Shown here: piece by piece, positions 1-9,471 of the stretch | How the letters are laid out: every line of letters starts with the position of its first letter | Numbering within the stretch: position 1 is the first letter of the stretch | NCBI RefSeq assembly: GCF_006345805.1 | Contig: NW_021824992.1 | Span: forward strand, 1-16,967 | Direction: 5' to 3' | DNA length: 16,967 nt | Source of the DNA: Octopus sinensis | Taxonomy: Eukaryota | Program-made: the position numbers and the translations under genes | The notes under the pieces: model-generated | What the model was told of the DNA's origin: nothing | The model's input: the letters and a program-made list of their open reading frames with translations, nothing else | The model's database searches: none

Positions 1-76
1 TATGTATGTATGTAGTATGTATGCATGTATGTATGCATGTAATGTATGTCTGTATGTATGTATGTATGTATGTGTA
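1..76. repeat. (TATG)n microsatellite
   Basis: Direct reading; runs into the SINE 3' module at about 77. Confidence 0.9.
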
Positions 77-290
77 TAAGTTTGTGTGTCTGTGTTTGTC
101 TCCCCAACATCGCTTGACAACCGATGTTGGTGCTTTTACGACCCATTAACTTAGCGGTTCGGTTAAGAGAGACCGATAGAATAAGTACTAGGCTTACAAA
201 GAATAAGTCCTGGGATGGATTTGCTCGACTACAGGCGGTGCTCCAGCATGGCCGCAGTTAAATTGCTGAAACTAATAAAGGAATAAAGTA
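77..290 (+). mobile_element. 3' module ('B') of composite SINE
   Basis: Matches the downstream halves of the copies at 14015-14422 and 14823-15260 (gtgtttgtc..ccaacatcgcttgacaaccgatg...ggcggtgctccagcatggccgcagt). Confidence 0.85.
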
Positions 291-344
291 TTATTAGAAT
301 ATATATACACACATACATACATACACACACACATATATTCTTCT

Positions 345-478
345 ATTATTTTACTTCTTTCAGTCACTTGATTGTGGTCGGGGGTTTTAACCGAATAAAA
401 TCGAACCCAAGACCGTTTTTTAAGACTTAGAACTTATTGTGCTCCAGTATGGCCACAGTCAAATGACTGGAATAAATA
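345..478. mobile_element. Degenerate B-module fragments in opposite orientations (about 345-437 minus, 438-478 plus)
   Basis: cagtcacttgattgtgg (minus) and gtgctccagtatggccacagtcaaatgactg (plus) both match the B 3' end. Confidence 0.6.
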
Positions 479-519
479 AAAGTGTAAAAGTGTAATACAT
501 AAATTTATTTACATATGCA

Positions 520-580
520 CAAGTCTGGGAAAGGTGGTTTATGGAAGACAAGTCCGGGAAAGGTGGTTTATGGAAGGCAA
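520..580. repeat. 29-bp tandem duplication
   Basis: caagtc(t/c)gggaaaggtggtttatggaag(a/g) occurs twice, at 520 and 549. Confidence 0.9.
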
Positions 581-611
581 AGGGCCGTTACATTATGACA
601 CCATTGACGTC

Positions 612-752
612 ACAACACACTTCTAAAGCCGAGTGAACTGGAGTAACGTGAAATAGAGTGTCTAGCTCAAAAACACAATACAGAACCCGGTCCCGGAATC
701 GAACTCACTTCCTCATGATAGTGATCGCGAAAGCTTTAACCACCGAGCCATT
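612..752 (-). mobile_element. tRNA-derived SINE with CORE-like segment
   Basis: The reverse complement has A box TGGCTCGGTGG, B box GAGTTCGATTCC, then ttgagctagacactctatttcacgttactccagttcactc, homologous to 3149-3471. Confidence 0.75.
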
Positions 753-1379
753 ACTATAGTAACGACATACGAAATACTGCTAAGCAATATTTTTCCGGCG
801 TTCTGCATGTTTTCTAACTTTCGCATTTGGGAGATTATCTTTGAAAATTAGGGCGAGCGCAAATTTAGTTAATACAGACGGGACGGGAATTTTAATTCTC
901 ACTAGACCGAATAATCATTAGCATTGAATTTAGAATTTCTTGAAAAAACGCGGCCTGCTGTGTAAAAGTGCATATTCCACAAGCGAAAAATGGAAAAAAA
1001 TGTTTAATCTTTCAACCGACCCACAAAAAGCATACGGAATGTGTCGAAATGCGACGGTTAAATTGAATTTTAATCTATAATGTAATTAAAGCTAATAAAT
1101 AAATATAAATTAGTGTAGTAGTATAAAAAAAATTGTGCAGCGGAAGAATAAGGAGGGCCTTATGAAAAGTTTAGAACAGAACATGTGTGCGGCTGTTAGT
1201 CTTCTGTTAATAGGATGTCTGCAGACCGGCGACAAAAGTTCGAATTCCCTGCTTATAATTGATAATTATGTGGGGTCAATTAGTGAAAGATCTCGGATCT
1301 CTCCTGCCCTGTTATATAAACTGAAAAGCCCTACTCTCAGCTACAACGTGTACATACACAGACATAATTAAATGTATTA

Positions 1380-2071
1380 TTGGGTTGTCCGGAAAGTTAA
1401 TGTCGATTTTTAAAGAAAGAAAAAGCTTAATAATACTTGCCATTACATTTTTAATCAACCAAATATGAACCATTTTGTTGCACAATGCGTCTCCATCTTT
1501 CCTTAACTTGAACTACCCTCTTCCCAGAATTGAGGTGGTTTCATGGCAAAGAATCATCAAGGTCAATAAATACTTGCCATTACATTTTAAATCAACCAAA
1601 TATGAACCTTTTGTGCACAATGCGTCTCCATCTTTCCTTTAACTTGAAATTAACCTTCTTCCAGAATTGAGGGTGGTGGTTTCATGGCAAAGAATTCATC
1701 AAAGGTATCTTTTTATGTCATCCAAGGAATTGAAATGTTAACCATTAAGACTATTCTGCAGAGACCTGAATAAGTGGAAATCCGAAGGAGCAATATCTGG
1801 TGAATGTGGAGGGTGGGGTAACACATCCCAGCCGAGCTGCACCAATTTTTGTCTAGTTCCCAAAGAATAAAGTGCCGAAAATGAACTTCCATTTTAAAGG
1901 GTTACAGAATTAACACAGTTTATAGGAACATAAACCTTCTTCGATGAAAAGATAGCTTAAACTGTGCTCTAAAGGGAGGTGTAGGCAAATCCAATTTTGT
2001 GGACTCAACTATCTAAAATAAGTCGAAAGGTAAGCTACTATAAATCAGTACGAACCTTCCGGACAACACAA
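1380..2071 (-). mobile_element. Non-autonomous mariner (Tc1/mariner) with both TIRs and TA target-site duplication
   Basis: TIRs TTGGGTTGTCCGGAAAGTT (1380-1398) and AACCTTCCGGACAACACAA (2053-2071), 17/19 match. TA at 1378-79 and 2072-73. The minus strand encodes MEVHFRHFILWE joined to RQKLVQLGWDVLPHPPHSPDIAPSDFHLFRSLQNSLNG (YSPDL-type mariner motif). Confidence 0.92.
1432..1706. repeat. About 135-bp tandem duplication inside the mariner (1432-1563 and 1569-1706)
   Basis: aatacttgccattacatttt...gaat(t)catcaa(a)ggt occurs twice; the copies differ by many small indels. Confidence 0.9.
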
Positions 2072-2560
2072 TAATATAGCTGAATAATATAGCTGTTTAA
2101 TTGGTAAAATATGGCCATTTGTAATAATGTCAACATCCTACCATATTTCAACATGTTTTTGCCAGCATCCAGGTGATCTCGTTAATGGCACTGTTTGACC
2201 ATATGTGGGTCAGGTTTCATTCGCCATTTGCAGATGTTATTTCATACTACCCTTTCATCTTTTATGGGGCGTATATTTTGCTAATCTTTTATTTTATTTA
2301 CGTTAATTATATTATCATATTAAACATAATTTTTATACATGGATTTTTAATATAAAAAAGCTGTCGTAATATTTACGGGGCGGGGCATTGATAACATCGT
2401 TTTGCGGAGGGATAGACCTAGGGGGTTCGAACCGAACGGACGCTAGGCAAATTTCTGGAGTGTGGAGAGTGTTCCACAAGCAAATTAATGTTAGGTATGT
2501 ATCGGAATGGTCAGCCACGACCGGAACGCTGGGTTACTTTTTACTCTCTCCGTCACTTTC

Positions 2561-2770
2561 ACTCTTTTACTTGTTTCAGTCATTTGACTGCGGCCATACT
2601 GGAGCACCGCCTTTAGTCGAGCAATTCGATCCCGGGACATGTTTTTTGTAAGCCTAGTACTTATTCTATCGGTGACTTTTGCCGAACTGTTAAGTTACGG
2701 GGACGTAAACACACCAGCATCGGTTGTCAGCAATGCTAGGGGGACAAATACAGACACAAACACACACACA

Positions 2771-2801
<31 letters not shown>

Positions 2802-2802
2802 A

Positions 2803-2854
<52 letters not shown>

Positions 2855-3012
2855 TATATACGACGGGGTTCTTTTCAGTTTCCGTCTACCAAATCCACTC
2901 AGAAGGCTTTGGTAGAAGACGTCTGCCCAAGATGTCGTCACGCAGTGGGAATGAACCCTGAACCATGAGGTTGGTAAGCAAGCTACTTACCACACAGTTA
3001 CTACTCCTACGC

Positions 3013-3013
<1 letters not shown>
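2561..3013 (-). mobile_element. Composite SINE: tRNA/CORE-like head ('A'), internal (TA)n(CA)n, then B module
   Basis: Reverse complement of the same arrangement as 14015-14422; small deletion in the head near 2914. Confidence 0.9.
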
Positions 3014-3060
<47 letters not shown>

Positions 3061-3080
3061 TATATATATATATATATATA
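3014..3080. repeat. (TA)n microsatellite
   Basis: Direct reading. Confidence 0.95.
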
Positions 3081-3110
3081 GGCGTAGGAGTAGCTGTGTG
3101 GTAAGTAGCT
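3081..3110 (+). mobile_element. 30-bp 5' tip of SINE head A, inverted relative to 2981-3013
   Basis: ggcgtaggagtagctgtgtggtaagtagct. Confidence 0.8.
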
Positions 3111-3148
3111 ATATATAGTGTGTTGTTGTGTGTGTGTGTATATGTGAA

Positions 3149-3471
3149 GGCGCGTGGCTTAGTGATTAGGGCATTCAGCTCATGATCATAAGGTCATGAG
3201 TTCAATTCCCGGTGATGCATTGTGTGTCCTTGAAGAACAAGACACTTTACTTCACGTGCTCCAGTCACTCAGCTGGCAAAAATGAGTTTTACCTGTATTT
3301 CAAAGGGCCAGCCTTGTCACATTCTGTGTCACCCTGAATCTCCCTGGGAACTACATTAAGGGTACACGTGTCTGTGGAGTGCTCAGCCACTTGCACGTTA
3401 AATTCACGAGCAAGCTGTTCCGTTGATCGTATCAGCTGGGACCCTCATCGTCACAACCGACGGAGTGCTCC
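3149..3471 (+). mobile_element. tRNA-derived SINE (second family) with CORE-like segment
   Basis: A box TGGCTTAGTGA, B box GAGTTCAATTCC, then gtgtccttgaagaacaagacactttacttcacgtgctccagtcactcagctgg; homologous to 612-752. Confidence 0.75.
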
Positions 3472-3501
3472 TATCTCTATCCTATATATATATATATATA
3501 T

Positions 3502-5260
3502 GTTGATAGCAGTACTTTTTAGAGATTTTTTTGCTTTGGTTATACGGGATAAGATTTTTAGACCCCAAATAAGATTAATTTAATCGTTATTTGTTAAGCT
3601 TGGGTTTGCATTTCTTAATAAAGTCCTTTTCTCTCAGTTTTCTCTCAATTTCATTCAGGTTGTAAATTTAATGAAGTGGGAATATCATAAAAGTTTTCCG
3701 ACCACATGTTGCCCGATGGTTACTCAGTGGTATTTGGCGGACTTCTGGGTTTTTAATTTGTTGTCGATTCACACGCGAGCGTTCTGATAGTGCATTACCT
3801 GGAAGAGTCTTCCTTAATGAACTGCGCATTTTTCTGGATGAAATCATTATTTTTCATACTTCATTTACTCCTTTTCCTTGCAGTTACAGAGTCAATGTCA
3901 AAGTTACTGTCCTTACCCTTTTGACTGTGCACTGTAGGATCTTTGTTATTCATACCAGTGCAGACTGCTGGTGGTAGCTCCTTCCTTTTCTACTCAAGTT
4001 TTTAATATTCTTTTACTCTTTCTTGGTTTGCCATTTTCTTGAAGCTAGGTAAACTTTGAAAGATGTTGCCAGATGGTTACTCAGTGGTATTTGGCGTACT
4101 TCTGGGTTTTTAATTTGTTGTCGATGCACACGTGAGCGTTCTGATAGTGCATTACCTGTCTGGCCAACATACAGTTCTTCACAATTTGGGCATTTGATGC
4201 AGTAGATTAAATTTCTGCTTTTGCAGTTCATGTTCGCGTTAGTGAATATTTTCCCTGTTTTTGTGTTCATATATGGGCCGTTATGAATTAATTGGCATGT
4301 ACCGTATCGGCTATCATTGCAGTTAGACACAGTGAATGGTTGATCTTTGTTGCTAAGGTCAAACCTTGCCTTTGTTAATAACTTTTTCAAGCATTTAGGC
4401 TGTCTCTTGCTGAGAGTTATAGTTTGATCTGTAATGATATTTCTCAATTCCTTACTTTGTGCAATGATTGGTAGGTTTTCTTTAGCGATATTGAATATGT
4501 TCTGGTGGCATGGATTGTGTGTCACTATAAATAGTATGATTTGTTCTTGTTTTTCTCTTCTTTGTGGTGTCCTCAGTTGTTGTATGGGATTTTCATAACC
4601 CACTGAATACCATTTTCTATAAGTAGGGACGGGTATTTTTGTTTGGGCAGAAATTCTTTCAGTTCCATCAGGCACTGATTTCTGGTCTTTTAATCCTCTA
4701 CAATAGTACAGATTCTTCTGGCTAAGCAGTATAGGATGTTACGTTTTGTATGCGATGGATGGCACGATTTAAAATTCAGGTGTTGGTGTGTATCTGTGTG
4801 TTTATAATATATATATCTGTGCTGATGGCGGTGTTCTTTTTAATCACCATTATATCTAGGAATGTTAATTTGGTACTGCTCATCTCCTTTGTAAATTGGA
4901 TGGATGGGTGTAGGTTGTTCAGGAGGATGTTGAATTCTTCCACAGTGTTCTGAGATTTTTTTCCAGATTATGAAGCAATCGATGAGGTATCTCTTCCATA
5001 CTTTTTCAATATACTTTGTAAATTCAGTGCTGTATCTCTCCTCTATTTCCTGCTAGAGTTTTTGCTCTAAGTATCCCATCACCAAGTTCGCATAAACGGG
5101 AGCAAACCTCGTTCCCATAGCCCTGCCTTTAAACTGGATGTAGTTCTTTCCATTGAAGAAGAACGTGTTGTTTTCCAGAATAAGTCTGACTGCGTCTAAT
5201 ATGAATGTCACGCGTTCGGTTCTGTTAGGAATTCTGAAAAGACGGTTTTGTATTATAAGG
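3502..5260 (-). mobile_element. Decayed 5'-truncated Penelope-like element (RT + GIY-YIG endonuclease)
   Basis: Minus-strand peptides: LILENNTFFFNGKNYIQFKGRAMGTRFAPVYANLVMGYLE; WKRYLIDCFIIW (catalytic YxDD changed to YLID, 4978-4989); LHPSIQFTKE..TFLDI; TDIYYKHTDTHQHLNFKSCHPSHTKRNI; NLIYCIKCPNCEELYVGQTGNALSER; C-terminus REKDFIKKCKPKLNK* near 3590. Stop (5053-55) and frameshifts are present. The Cys-rich linker suggests Neptune-like (inference). Confidence 0.93.
4013..4675 (-). pseudogene. Thumb/linker + GIY-YIG portion of the Penelope-like ORF (internal fragment, not a standalone gene)
   Basis: The 220-aa ORF in the track contains LIYCIKCPNC..LYVGQTG. Homology breaks after NHLAT (4063), where an insertion starts. 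Confidence 0.85.
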
Positions 5261-5642
5261 TTGGTTAGTTTTTATTGATTTTCACTGTTGGATTTTGTCT
5301 GTCTGTTTGAGACAGACAAATGAAAATAAGTTTTCCCTCGTTAAGAGGAGGAATGGAAGAGACAAAATGAAAAATGTCCAGAAGTGAGTCGGACTTATCG
5401 TCTTCCGAAGAAGAGTTGGTGGAGGCGGTAGGAAAGCTGGACATGGTCTTACAAGGAAGAACGTATGCAGGAGCGGCGAAGCCAGCGAAAAGGGAAATAA
5501 ATTTGGCAAAATTACCGGAACGCCAAGAAAGGATTAAAAAGATAAACGGAGAGGCAGAATTGTTGTCGAACAGGAAAAAGAACTGAATGGAAAGAAAGAA
5601 AATTACGTACCGAGTATTTGCAAACGAGAAGAGAAAGGTAGA

Positions 5643-7231
5643 TATAATAAGAATGAATGTTTTTATATATAATGAACGTGAAATACAGGAAGGGACGAAC
5701 ACGGAACACAGACAAATCATTCGAAAGCCTTCAATCTTCAGTCAGACACCCGAATCATCATAGCAAATTTCGGCTGTTCAATTCTGATATTTGCTCCAAC
5801 TCGGCCAGCCCCCAAGAAAAAAAACTAAGCTGTAAGCATTAATTTCTTGGTAGAAGACAGGAATGTTGACGCACAAGACGGATGTGAATACAAGAGACGA
5901 AAACGAAATTGAAAACAGTAATGAATAAACAAAATATATATAACGGTGGTTGTCATACGACTTTAGACCAAATGAGACAAAAACAACAACAACATAGCTG
6001 GGTAGAAATAATTACCGTTTCGGTAGCGGGGACACATGTTGGGTCGAGATACGAAGGCCACAGAATGGTTTAGAAGCAGCAGGTCGCAGGAGAGAGAGAG
6101 AAGAGAGAGACAGAGAGAGAGGGAATCAAAGAGGGTGGAAGGCAGAGGGACAGAATCAGTGACAAGAGAAAAGGGAGAAAGAAGGGATAAGGATGATGGA
6201 GGAAGAGGGGAGGAGGATGGGAGGAAGAGAGGTGAAGAATCGGAGGGCGCCAAAAAGTTTGGTGAAGAGAGCAATGCGGGTAGGAAAACAGTGTGTATAG
6301 AAGTCGTGCAGGGTTTAAAATTGGACAAACACGGGGGGGGGGTGCCCGTAACGCCGCAATAATATAAGAATGAATGTTTTTATATATAATGAACTGAAAT
6401 ACAGGAAGGGCCGAACACGGAACACAGACAATCATTCGAAGCCTTCAATCTTCAGTCAGACACCGAATCATCATAGCAATTTCGGCTGTTCAATTCTGAT
6501 ATTTCTCCAACTCGGCCAGCCCCAAGAAACAAAACTAAGCTGTAAGCATTAGATTTCTTGGTAGAAGACAGGAATGTGAACGCACAAGACGGATGTAAAA
6601 TACAAGAGACGAAAACGAAATTGAAAACAGTAATGAATAAACAAAATATATAACGGGTGGTTGTCATACGACTTTAGACCAAATGAGACAAAAACAACAA
6701 CAACATAGCTGGCGTAGAAATAATTACCGTTTCGGTAGCGGGGACACGTGTTGGTCGAGATACGATGGCAACAGAATGGTTTAGAAACAGCAGGTCGCAG
6801 GAGAGAGAGAGAAAGAGAGACAGAGAGAGAGGGAATCAAAGAGGGTGGAAGCAGGGGACAGATCAGTGACCAAGAGAAAAGGAGAAAGAAGGGATTAAGG
6901 GAGGATGGGAGGGAAGAGGGAGGAGATGGGAGGAAGAGAGGGGAAGAATCGGAGGGCGCCAAAAGTTTGTGAAGAAGCAATGGCGGGTATAAAAGACAGT
7001 GTGTATAGAAGTCGTGCAGGTTTAAATTGGACAAAAACAACGGGGGGGGGGGGTGCACGTAACGCCGCAATAATATAATAATGAATGTTTTTTTATATAT
7101 AATGAACGTGAAATACAGGAAGGGACGAACATGGAACCAGACAAATCATTCGAAGCCTTCAATCTTCAGTCAGACACCGAATCATCATAGCAAATTTCGG
7201 CTGTTCAATTCTGATATTTGCTCCAACTCGG
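5643..7231. repeat. A-B-A-B-A tandem array with period about 715 bp (A = about 160 bp of ORF1; B = about 555 bp foreign purine-rich segment)
   Basis: A at 5643-5804, 6361-6515, 7072-7231; B at 5805-6360, 6516-7071. Confidence 0.92.
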
Positions 7232-7306
7232 GAAACAGTAGAGGAAGCCCTAAAAACAACAGAGGAAGAGATAATCTTCCTCGCAAGAAGAAACAAGTAT
7301 GCCACA

Positions 7307-7765
7307 GTGGTGGTACAGTACAAAAACGAGGAAACAGCAAGAAGAATGGCTGCAAAGACAGTAAAAACTGATAAGGTAACATTTTTACCCACTTATCTGG
7401 CGAGAAGAACCACAAGGATTAGGGTGGACGGAATACCACCAGATATCGACGCGGAATTGGTTGTAGCAGCAGTTATCTTTGGAAATGAGGAGAAAGTTGA
7501 TATAGTCCAAGCGACTATAACAGAGGAAGAAGGATGGAGAGGTGGGACGCTGAAAATGAGCGTCCAAGCGGAAATGGAAATTTTACAGAATTTGTCGGAA
7601 ACCATTACGACGAACTACATAACAATGAAAGTATGGGTGGAGGGCAGAGCCTCTCGATATTATAAATGCGGTCTGAAAGGCCACATAAGAGCAAACTGCA
7701 CTACAGCAGTGAAGGAAATAATCAAAGAAATAGCGGAAGAAACAGAAACACCTCAGGAGGAGTAG
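7307..7765 (+). pseudogene. Core of Tx1-like ORF1: RRM-like region + degenerate zinc knuckle Y-YK-C-GLKG-H-IRAN-C
   Basis: CX2CX4HX4C spacing with the first Cys changed to Tyr; the VEGR motif before the knuckle is typical of L1/Tx1 ORF1. Confidence 0.75.
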
Positions 7766-8420
7766 AAAGAAACAGAAGAAGAAACAAGCGAAGGAAGATG
7801 GAAAAGACTGGGAAACCACAGGAAAAAGAAAACGGCGAAAAAGAAAAAAGGCAAGAGACTTTGAACCCCAACCCACCTCAGCACCATCCACACCCACTGT
7901 GGCCCACCCCGTCCCTGCAGACACCAAACCCACCCACTCCCCACCAACATGCAAACATGAAAACATGCAAACAAATGATAACACAAAACTCCCATCCTGA
8001 AGAATATTGTATTGGTATAATATACAGTGAATATTTATATGAAAGATTAAAGATCTGGGGAAAGGTAGAAATGCCAGGTAGATAGGATGAAGAGATGGAA
8101 GTAGTATTGTCGAAAAATCAGGAGGAGAAACTAAAAAAGGGAACTTGATGATGTATATATGTTGATAAGAGGAACATTGGCACAGGAAAAAAAGGATGAA
8201 CTCGAAAAAATAGATAAAATTTAGGGATTTTGTGTTTTCGCAGAGAAATAGGAAAAAGGACAAGTAAGTGATGTTGACTGATAGGGCAGTTAACATCACT
8301 TTAATCTCTCATTTTCACCCTTTTTCTCATCTCATCATACGATTAATTTTTTGATGTTTTGTGTCCCCAATGTGTTGTAGTGTCCGCTCTGAGTAAAACC
8401 GTATTGGTAATAAAAAATCA

Positions 8421-8800
8421 CAGAACACAGTTTAAGCTATCTTTTCGTGGAAGAAGGTTTATGTTCCTATAACCTGTGTTAATTCTGTAACCCTTTAAAA
8501 TGGAAGATAAGAAAGTTCATTTTCGGCACTTGATGCTTTGGGAACCAGACAAAAATTGCTGGGATTGTTTACCCCCACCCTCCATATTCACCAGATATTG
8601 CTGCTCCTTCGGATTTCCACTTATTCAGTTCTCTGCAGAATAGTCTTAATGATAAAAATTTCAATTCCTAGGATGGCGTAAAAAGATACCTTGATGAATT
8701 CTTTGCCATGAAACCACCTCAATTCTGGGAAGAGGGTATTTTCAAGTTAAAGGAAAGATGGAGACGCATTGTGCAACAAAAGGGTTCATATTTGGTTGAT
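8421..8800 (+). mobile_element. Second copy of the deleted mariner, lacking both TIRs
   Basis: ATG 8500 gives MEDKKVHFRHLMLWE, joined to ..PYSPDI(A)APSDFHLFSSLQNSLN..YLDEFFAMKPPQFWEEGIFKLKERWRRIVQQKGSYLVD; homologous to the reverse complement of about 1570-1970. Confidence 0.9.
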
Positions 8801-9227
8801 ATATACGACGGGCTTCTTTCAGTTTCCGGCTACCAAATCTACTCACAAGGCTTTGGTCGGGTCGAGGCTATAGCAGATGACACTTGCTCAAGGTGCCACG
8901 CTGTGGGACCGAACCCGGAACCATGTGGTTGGGAGGCAAGCTTATCACGCAGTCCATTTGACTGCGGTCATGCTGGATCACAACTTGCCCAAGGTACCAC
9001 GCAATGGGACTGAACCCGGAACCATGTGGTTGTAATACAAGCTGTTTAACTCACAACCACGCCGTTTATATGAGGGGCTTCTTTCAGTTTCCGTTTACGA
9101 AATCCGCTTACAAGTCTTTGGTCGGGCCGAGGATATAGTAGAAGACACTTATCCAAGGTGCCACGCAGTGGGACTGAACACGGAACCATATTGTCGGGAA
9201 GGAAGCTTCTTAACTCACAACCACGCT
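8801..9227 (-). mobile_element. Cluster of three SINE head-A pieces (about 8801-8950, 8985-9062, 9066-9227) plus a small B-tail fragment (about 8951-8980)
   Basis: Repeated acgacgggcttctttcagtttccg...ccaaggtgccacgcagtgggactgaacccggaaccatgtggtt. Confidence 0.85.
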
Positions 9228-9471
9228 GAGATGAACTAAGCGTCCGTATGTTGTTTGAGGTAAAAATCTAATTATGGATAATGAGGTATGATTTGGTTGG
9301 AGACGGTTCTGTCGATATAGACGTAGCGGATGTTTTTTCTGCGAACCTCCAACTACACGGGATATCGTTCTGCACGGCGGCAATGACAGACAAACAAGAA
9401 AAATTAAGTGACCAGTCTGTGAAACCAACAGTACTTAATTATGTAATATTAGAAAATAATTCTGGCAATGA

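Larger units (their letters stand above)
5262..8417 (+). mobile_element. Decayed L1/Tx1-type element encoding ORF1 only (RRM-like region + CCHC knuckle), interrupted by tandem insertions
   Basis: ATG 5374 (MSRSESDLSSSEEE...), in-frame TGA 5584-86, reading continues through segment A. It resumes at 7232 (ETVEEALKTTEEEIIFLARRNKYATVVVQY...TRIRVDGIPPDI...MKVWVEGRASRYYKCGLKGHIRANC), followed by K-rich, P-rich and acidic tracts to about 8280. AATAAA/A-run at 8409-8417. No endonuclease or RT recognised. Confidence 0.75.

Noticed and set aside
5963-8299. Minus-strand Leu/Ser/Pro/Phe-rich ORFs and the plus-strand Arg/Glu/Gly-rich ORFs at 6036 and 6748
   Set aside because: Products of low-complexity purine-rich tracts.
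8708-9013. 101-aa ORF as a novel fusion gene
   Set aside because: Mariner C-terminus reading through into an antisense SINE that replaced its stop codon; no sign of function.
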